DNA from: an uncultured virus (IMG/VR IMGVR_UViG_3300025368_000001)
Lineage: Duplodnaviria; Heunggongvirae; Uroviricota; Caudoviricetes
Direction: 5' to 3' (one strand)
Virus record (IMG/VR): IMGVR_UViG_3300025368_000001
DNA: 64,000 bases
Shown piece after piece: positions 58,194-64,000 of this stretch (positions are counted from its first letter, which is position 1; every line of letters starts with the position of its first letter). The position numbers and the translations under genes were made by a program. The notes beneath the pieces are model-generated. The model did not search any database, was not told the origin of the DNA, and worked only from the letters and a program-made list of their open reading frames with translations.

Positions 58194-58254
58194 TGTTTGT
58201 AGTTTATGCCTTGCGGCGGTTATTAAAAATGCTTGTTTGTTGATTAATCAGTAA

Positions 58255-58659
58255 CTACCCTTGCGTATTACCTTCTACTTGTGTCTCGGTTTCTGTTTTT
58301 ACCACTATCGGCTTTAAAGCGTCAACGATTGCACAGAAAAGGGTATCTTTTTTTTGTTGGAACTCAGGCAGTTCATTGTAGGGCACGATGCAAGGGTGCG
58401 TTTTTGCAACGGCATCTTTTACTTCGCCATAAACCCAACCTGCATCGATTTTCTCTTTCATCCAGGCGTTGTGCTGCGCATCTGATCCTGCATTAGGATT
58501 GTCGATTCTGAACAACACGCCGTTGATAGCGCTTTCTCTTTGCCACTGTACAGCTTTTTCCCAATCCTGTTGGGTGTCGTCACCATTTGTTTCGCAAAAT
58601 GCTTTGTTTGCTTGATGGCATACTTTGGCTATGTATGCGATTTTAACATCTACGTCCAT
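58255..58659 (-). CDS. RyR-domain protein
   Basis: HNAWMKEKIDAGWVYGEVKD..KTHPCIVPYNELP..QQKKD. Confidence 0.85.
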   Translation of the reverse strand: MDVDVKIAYIAKVCHQANKAFCETNGDDTQQDWEKAVQWQRESAINGVLFRIDNPNAGSDAQHNAWMKEKIDAGWVYGEVKDAVAKTHPCIVPYNELPEFQQKKDTLFCAIVDALKPIVVKTETETQVEGNTQG

Positions 58660-58777
58660 TGTTTGTACGTTTTAAATTATTAATAAAGACCAAAAATACA
58701 GCCTTTTATTTGTATTTGGGTTAAAATAACAAATAAAATATCTGTAATAGATAAGATTTGCTATAAATAATTAGCAA

Positions 58778-61204
58778 ATGGTAGGTACATATCCCGATCA
58801 AGAGATAGACCCCAAGTTAAAAGGTAAAGATTTTATACTGCAATACTTTAGGGCAGCGTGGGCTGATGCCGGTCAGTACCTACCAATAACTACGTTTTAT
58901 AATGGGAGAATTAAGTACAGAGAGATAAGACAGTACGGAATGGGCAAACAGCCTATTGACAAATACAAGAAAATCCTTTTGGGCGATGAGAAGATTGACA
59001 AGACTTGGTTGAACAACAATTGGAACGTTTACCCCATCATCCCTAAGTACAGGGAAATCATCATATCCAAACTGATGCAGCGGGAAATAGACATCACTGC
59101 TTATGCGGTAGATGTGCAAAGCCAAAGCGAAGAGGATGCCTATTTCGCAGGTATCCGCACCAAAATGATTATGCGCCAAGCTGCTGAACAAGCATCACCA
59201 AAACTAGCACAATCACCCGTTTTACAAAGAGCAGCAAACGAACCGGAAGATTTAGACCAACTGAATATAGAGGCGCAATTCGGATATAAGTCTAACTTTT
59301 CTATAATGGCTGAGAATGCCATAAACTTTGTATTACAATCAGGTACAGTTGATAGAGAACGTAAAAAAGTATGCGAGGCGTTGGTCGATTTCGGTGTTGC
59401 AGGATACTACTATTGGATTAACCAAGCGGGTATAGTCGAGTATAAGGCGTTGGACGTACAGACTTTGATTACCTCTTACTGTAAAGAACCCGACTTCTCA
59501 GACTTGCAACATTGGGGAGTGATAGAAGAAGTATTGGTAGCTGATTTAGCTCCATATTTTACTCAGGCAGAACTAAATACTATCTGTTCTACACATATTG
59601 GAATATTGGGCAATCCTAACACATTTGACCTTAACTCAGGTATAGGTAACTATACCCGTTTTAAATGTCAGGTATTTGTTGGGCAGTTTCTTAGTTGGAA
59701 TACAAACGTAATGGAGGATAAGGTTGATAAAAAAGGCAATCCTCGCTTTATGAAAACAGATTACTCTAAACTAGCCGAAGCGAAAGCACTTGAACCTGAT
59801 GGCACACCAAAATATACAAGTTTTAAAACTAAAGTAGTATATCAAGGCAAATGGATTATAGGTACTGAGTTTATGTATGACTACGGATTGGCTAAAAACC
59901 AAAAACGTAAAGCATCGAATTGGTGGGATACTTCACTTGATATTTGCCTATACGCCTGGAACTTTGATAGAATGGTGTTTACGGGTATTACAGAACGTTT
60001 GATACCAAGTGCCGATGATTACCAACTTACAAAAATGAGATTGGCGCATCTTAAAATGAAGCTGATACCATACCTAATTAACCTTGACTTAGATGCACTA
60101 GAAAATGTTGCGCTTAGTAAAGGCGGTAAGGGTATGGAACCTGCGGAACTGATAGACTTCATGTTGCAAAACAACGTGGTACTATACAGAAGCAAGGACG
60201 TGTCCAATGGCAACCCTAACTACAAGCCAGCCAACATAGAGGCTAGTGGTATGCTAGAGGCATTCCCGCAACTTTATAATGACTTAGCTAATACCTTACA
60301 GGAAATTCAGAATATAAGTGGATTTAATGCCCTTACGGACGGTACAAGCGTTAACCCTAAAATGTTGAACGGCGTGGCCACCATGCAGGAAGCAGGAACG
60401 AACAATGCTATGTACCTTCTAAGCGATGCCGACAAGCACCTGTTATTGGAACTATCCAATGCTATACTCCTCAAATTGCAAATTGCAGTTAAGCTAGGAA
60501 AAGTTGAAGGGTATACAAGGGCTTTAGGTACGAATGCGGTAAAAATATTCCAATTATCTCCCGAAATATCGGCGAGGGAGTTCGCCATCTTCTTAGATGA
60601 TGCGCCTACAACGATGGAAAGACAGGAGTTTATGGCTGAGTTAGCTAAGTACAATGCAGAAGGATTGATTGACCCGTCCGATTATTACACTATTAAATGG
60701 ACTAGAGACCTAAAACAAGCACAGGCTACTATTGCCTATAAGATTAAGAAGAAGATTGACCAAAAGCAACAACAAGCATTACAACAACAACAAATGAACG
60801 GTCAAATTCAAATGCAGTCTGCACAAGCGGCTGAACAGATGAAGCAGCAAACATTGTCAATCGCCCACGAATACAAGATGCAGGAGTTGAACGTGACAGG
60901 ACAATGGAATTACGCAATAGCAGAAGTAGGGGCAGCGAAAGTAGTGAATGCTGCACAAGTGGCAGGACAAGCGAAAACTATCGCAGCCACCATTGCCGCA
61001 GATGCAAAAAAGCACGGCGATATTCTGAATCATATCGACACGGGCAATGGCATAACGCCTATTAACCCCGTACAAGTACCGCCACCACCGATGCCACAGC
61101 AACAGCAACAAATGCCGATGCAGGAAGGTTCACCGCAGGAACAAGCCACCGATACAGGGGGTGAAATGCCCGATGAATCGCAAGAACAACCGCAAATGGG
61201 TTAA
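58778..61204 (+). CDS. Portal protein (crAss-like)
   Basis: 808 aa between terL and scaffold; YPIIPKY and ISGFN motifs; Q-rich C-terminal coiled coil. Confidence 0.85.
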   Translation: MVGTYPDQEIDPKLKGKDFILQYFRAAWADAGQYLPITTFYNGRIKYREIRQYGMGKQPIDKYKKILLGDEKIDKTWLNNNWNVYPIIPKYREIIISKLMQREIDITAYAVDVQSQSEEDAYFAGIRTKMIMRQAAEQASPKLAQSPVLQRAANEPEDLDQLNIEAQFGYKSNFSIMAENAINFVLQSGTVDRERKKVCEALVDFGVAGYYYWINQAGIVEYKALDVQTLITSYCKEPDFSDLQHWGVIEEVLVADLAPYFTQAELNTICSTHIGILGNPNTFDLNSGIGNYTRFKCQVFVGQFLSWNTNVMEDKVDKKGNPRFMKTDYSKLAEAKALEPDGTPKYTSFKTKVVYQGKWIIGTEFMYDYGLAKNQKRKASNWWDTSLDICLYAWNFDRMVFTGITERLIPSADDYQLTKMRLAHLKMKLIPYLINLDLDALENVALSKGGKGMEPAELIDFMLQNNVVLYRSKDVSNGNPNYKPANIEASGMLEAFPQLYNDLANTLQEIQNISGFNALTDGTSVNPKMLNGVATMQEAGTNNAMYLLSDADKHLLLELSNAILLKLQIAVKLGKVEGYTRALGTNAVKIFQLSPEISAREFAIFLDDAPTTMERQEFMAELAKYNAEGLIDPSDYYTIKWTRDLKQAQATIAYKIKKKIDQKQQQALQQQQMNGQIQMQSAQAAEQMKQQTLSIAHEYKMQELNVTGQWNYAIAEVGAAKVVNAAQVAGQAKTIAATIAADAKKHGDILNHIDTGNGITPINPVQVPPPPMPQQQQQMPMQEGSPQEQATDTGGEMPDESQEQPQMG

Positions 61205-61268
61205 ATAACAAATAAATAATTGTAGCACACAAATATTTTTGGTATAAATACAAACAAAAGCACTTTTT

Positions 61269-62384
61269 ATGGAAGGAGATACAGTAACAGTACAAGACTT
61301 TTTAAATAGACAAGCAGAGGTAGAAACCCCTGCTGCAACAGTTGTTGCTACACCTGCCGAAGGTCAACAACAAACCCCTGCCGCAGATAGTACTCAAACG
61401 CAACAAGTAGAAATACCTGCTGCTGATACTACACCTGCCGTTGAAGATATTACCAAAACATCATTTGCTGTACCGGATAGATTTAAGACCGCTACTACAC
61501 CTGATGATGGGCAACAAGCACCTGCCGCAATGGATTGGAGAGAGGCTTTGAAAGCAGTACCTAAAGAGGAGTTGCTGAAAGAATTAGGCTTTGACCCTTT
61601 TGCCGTTCAACTAAATGAGCATATCAAAAAAGGTGGTAGTGCAGAGGATTATCTGAAAGCGAAAGCAGTTGACTACACAAAAGTGCCTGATACTATTCTT
61701 GCAAAAGAAGCATTAAAAGCAGAATACCCAACACTTTCAGAGGATGATATAGAGGAAATGTACAACGATAAGTACAAACAAGATGACTTTGCTACGGACG
61801 ATGAGAAGCGTAGAGGTGCGGTGTATATGAAAGCCGATGCCGCAAAGCAAAGACAAAGACTGATAGACGAACAACAAAATTTCAAACTGCCTGAAGCACC
61901 TGCTGCTGCACAAACAAGCATTAGCGCAGAAGAGCAAGCTAAACAGGCTGCAAAATTAATCTCAGACACAATCACATATTTGAATACTAGCGACAACAAT
62001 ATTAAATCACTCAATGAAAGCAAGAGTCTTGCCGTAAGTGTAGGTGAAAATGTTGAGCCGTTTAAGTTTGAAATAGATGATCCGAGTGTAATCACCAGGG
62101 CTATTGCAGATGTATCATTTCTAAGCCAAATCCTTTCGGACGATAAAGGAGTGCTTGACACCCGAAAGGCGCAGGAAATGGTAATGTTCGCACTTAACCC
62201 TGAGAACTTTAAGAAATCAATAGTGAATTACGGAAAACAGTTGGCTTTGAGAGAAATGGTGGCTAGTGGCCAGAACGCAGGACTTCCAAAAACACCAACG
62301 GGAGACGTAAAAAATGAAACACTACAAGATGCTTTCAGAAAAGCTAGAACAGTTACACTTGGGAGTGCGCTTGGGAGAGGGTAA
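61269..62384 (+). CDS. Capsid scaffolding protein
   Basis: Acidic low-complexity N-terminus, helical; lies between portal and capsid genes. Confidence 0.7.
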   Translation: MEGDTVTVQDFLNRQAEVETPAATVVATPAEGQQQTPAADSTQTQQVEIPAADTTPAVEDITKTSFAVPDRFKTATTPDDGQQAPAAMDWREALKAVPKEELLKELGFDPFAVQLNEHIKKGGSAEDYLKAKAVDYTKVPDTILAKEALKAEYPTLSEDDIEEMYNDKYKQDDFATDDEKRRGAVYMKADAAKQRQRLIDEQQNFKLPEAPAAAQTSISAEEQAKQAAKLISDTITYLNTSDNNIKSLNESKSLAVSVGENVEPFKFEIDDPSVITRAIADVSFLSQILSDDKGVLDTRKAQEMVMFALNPENFKKSIVNYGKQLALREMVASGQNAGLPKTPTGDVKNETLQDAFRKARTVTLGSALGRG

Positions 62385-62418
62385 AACAATTTTTTAAAAC
62401 AAAGTAAAAATTTTTAAA

Positions 62419-63831
62419 ATGGCAGCTAAATTATCAAATGCTAATGAACTGTTTATATCAGGTATAGATGCGATGTATCTTACCCGTGAAATAAACAAAA
62501 ACGTGACTGACATTGCCAATGATGCGCAATTAACAGACGTACTTTTTATGCTTGACAGGAAGATTCCTACTAAGCAACCTACCTACAACACTTTCGTGAA
62601 CGAAACCGTGTTTAAGGCAATTAATACATCTGGTGCAACCATCGCTTATGGTACACAAAGTACAGATGGTAGTGGTACTACTTACAACAAAGCAACAATC
62701 ACTTTGACCGCAGGTAATGCAAACGGTATTGTGAGACCAAATGACATTGTTATCTTAACTAACAAGCAAACAGCCTTAGTTACAAGTGTAACAACAACAA
62801 CCAACCCTAACGACACAATCGTTATTGTAAGCACAACCAATACAGCATTGGGAACAGGCGCAAGCACAGGTAACGTTACCGGTAGCCTTGCAATTATATC
62901 TGATGCAAGTGGTGAAAACTCAGTAAACCCTAAAAACGTTGTTTTCGGTGCGACTAAGTATTACAACAAAGTCCAGATTTTCCGTGAGGTATCTGTAATT
63001 ACTGACGTTGCAAATGCAAGTGCATTGGAAGTACAATATGAAGGACAAGCGAAGTTTGTTATTAAAGACCATTTAGAAAAAATGATTCTTTTGAACGGAC
63101 ACATCAACGCTCAAATGATTGGTGGTGAAATGAGTGCTACTTCATTTACAGATGCTACTGTATTCCAAGCTGACCCTACAACTGATACTCTAGGTAATGG
63201 TGGTGGAAACTTCCAAACAACTAGAGGGTTAGATAGCTACATTTCTAGCTATGGTGTTGCTACCGCAGTTGCTTCTGCTAATACTGTTGCTTTATCTGAC
63301 ATTGATAGCACTTTGGATGCACTTACTGCTAACCGTGCGCCTAAGAAATATACCGTACTTGGTAGTTCTGCTACAATCAGAGCTTTTGACAAACTATGGA
63401 AAAACTTAGGTAGTTCTGGTGTTACTTCTGCAAGACTGGTAATCAACGGTAAAGAAATAGACTTCGATGTTGAAAAAGTTTCTTACGGTGGTTATGAATT
63501 GAACTATTCAGTATTGCCAATACTAGACCAACCTACAATGTTTGCAAGTACAAACATCGTTAAGGATGCTTACTATATTCCTTTGGATAAAATGGTTAAA
63601 ATTCAAGGTGGAGGTAATGAACCTGCTATCAGAGTTAGATACTTCCCTGCTGCTACTAAATACTCTACTAACGAATTGTTTAGCGAGTATCATAGCGGTG
63701 GTGAAAACCCAATCAATCCAAATGGTTCAGCAGCAAACTGGACAGTAGGTTATAAATCTATTCAAGGACTTGAAGTTTTGGGCGCACAATTCTTTGCCCA
63801 TCAAGGTGTAGGTACTACCTCTACTAACTAA
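62419..63831 (+). CDS. Major capsid protein
   Basis: 470 aa; NKVQIFRE, TRGL and C-terminal GLEVLGA motifs; strong codon bias; followed by a terminator. Confidence 0.85.
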   Translation: MAAKLSNANELFISGIDAMYLTREINKNVTDIANDAQLTDVLFMLDRKIPTKQPTYNTFVNETVFKAINTSGATIAYGTQSTDGSGTTYNKATITLTAGNANGIVRPNDIVILTNKQTALVTSVTTTTNPNDTIVIVSTTNTALGTGASTGNVTGSLAIISDASGENSVNPKNVVFGATKYYNKVQIFREVSVITDVANASALEVQYEGQAKFVIKDHLEKMILLNGHINAQMIGGEMSATSFTDATVFQADPTTDTLGNGGGNFQTTRGLDSYISSYGVATAVASANTVALSDIDSTLDALTANRAPKKYTVLGSSATIRAFDKLWKNLGSSGVTSARLVINGKEIDFDVEKVSYGGYELNYSVLPILDQPTMFASTNIVKDAYYIPLDKMVKIQGGGNEPAIRVRYFPAATKYSTNELFSEYHSGGENPINPNGSAANWTVGYKSIQGLEVLGAQFFAHQGVGTTSTN

Positions 63832-63846
63832 GTAGTAAAGAACTAA

Positions 63847-63877
63847 AATAGGCAGGGTAGTGATACCCTGCTTATTT
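63847..63877 (+). terminator. Intrinsic terminator after the capsid gene
   Basis: AATAGGCAGGGTA-GTGA-TACCCTGCTTATTT. Confidence 0.75.
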
Positions 63878-63926
63878 CTAAATAACACACTTCACAATAA
63901 TTAGTAAACAATAAAAAAGCAAATAA

Positions 63927-64000
63927 TGAGAGTAGTAGGAAAATTTAATGATGTTTCACCGCAATTATTAGAAACAATCACGCCGTTGCAAAATGGTAAA
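63927..64000 (+). CDS. Hypothetical protein, 3' partial
   Basis: MRVVGKFNDVSPQL..., open to the window end. Confidence 0.55.

Larger units (their letters stand above)
1..64000. mobile_element. Temperate Bacteroidota phage (crAss-like podovirus structural module), excised/attP form; partial genome
   Basis: Terminase, portal, capsid, tail, lysis, CI-like repressor and integrase all present; phage genes on both sides of the att core; no host housekeeping genes. Confidence 0.93.

Noticed and set aside
58194..58222. Another copy of the upstream pseudoknot
   Set aside because: GCC-GCAA-GGC is a simple GNRA hairpin; no downstream complement to the loop
1..64000. Stop-codon reassignment (code 15 or 4) as in some crAss-like phages
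   Set aside because: Long genes are intact in code 11, TAG and TGA end several genes, no suppressor tRNA was seen, and only one in-frame TAG was found
1..64000. CRISPR array, diversity-generating retroelement or retron
   Set aside because: No repeat-spacer periodicity, no reverse transcriptase motif and no TR/VR pair seen

Overview
This is a 64-kb segment of an AT-rich, temperate, podovirus-type Bacteroidota phage; host phylum is inferred from TAnnTTTG promoters, SD-less starts, Gln-+1 signal peptides and a Bacteroidota-type tRNA att core. All product calls come from motif recognition, not database searches. Layout: (1-7.6 kb, +) fibre, lectin-like and lysis genes. (7.6-20.4 kb, -) accessory, replication (initiator with iterons, primase-helicase) and recombination genes. 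(20.5-21.8 kb) CI-like repressor switch. (22.3-23.7 kb) tyrosine integrase plus an intact attP targeting a tRNA 3' end. (23.7-30.1 kb, -) a captured integrative-element fragment and small early genes. (30.2-31.1 kb) non-coding strand switch. (31-35 kb, +) RuvC-like, RepL-like, SSB and GroES-like genes. (36-64 kb, +) a crAss-like structural module: tail rings, muzzle, ejection proteins, terminase, portal, scaffold and capsid. Highlights: a canonical type I hammerhead ribozyme in the early operon; fibre proteins with Sec signal peptides and O-glycosylation sequons; a tail gene apparently split by a docking-peptide plus fibre cassette; a distal inverted att-like arm; recurrent compact pseudoknots before early genes; and overprinted basic peptides inside the giant ejection gene. 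The ORF track mislabels 21792..22259 as +; the sequence shows it is on the - strand.
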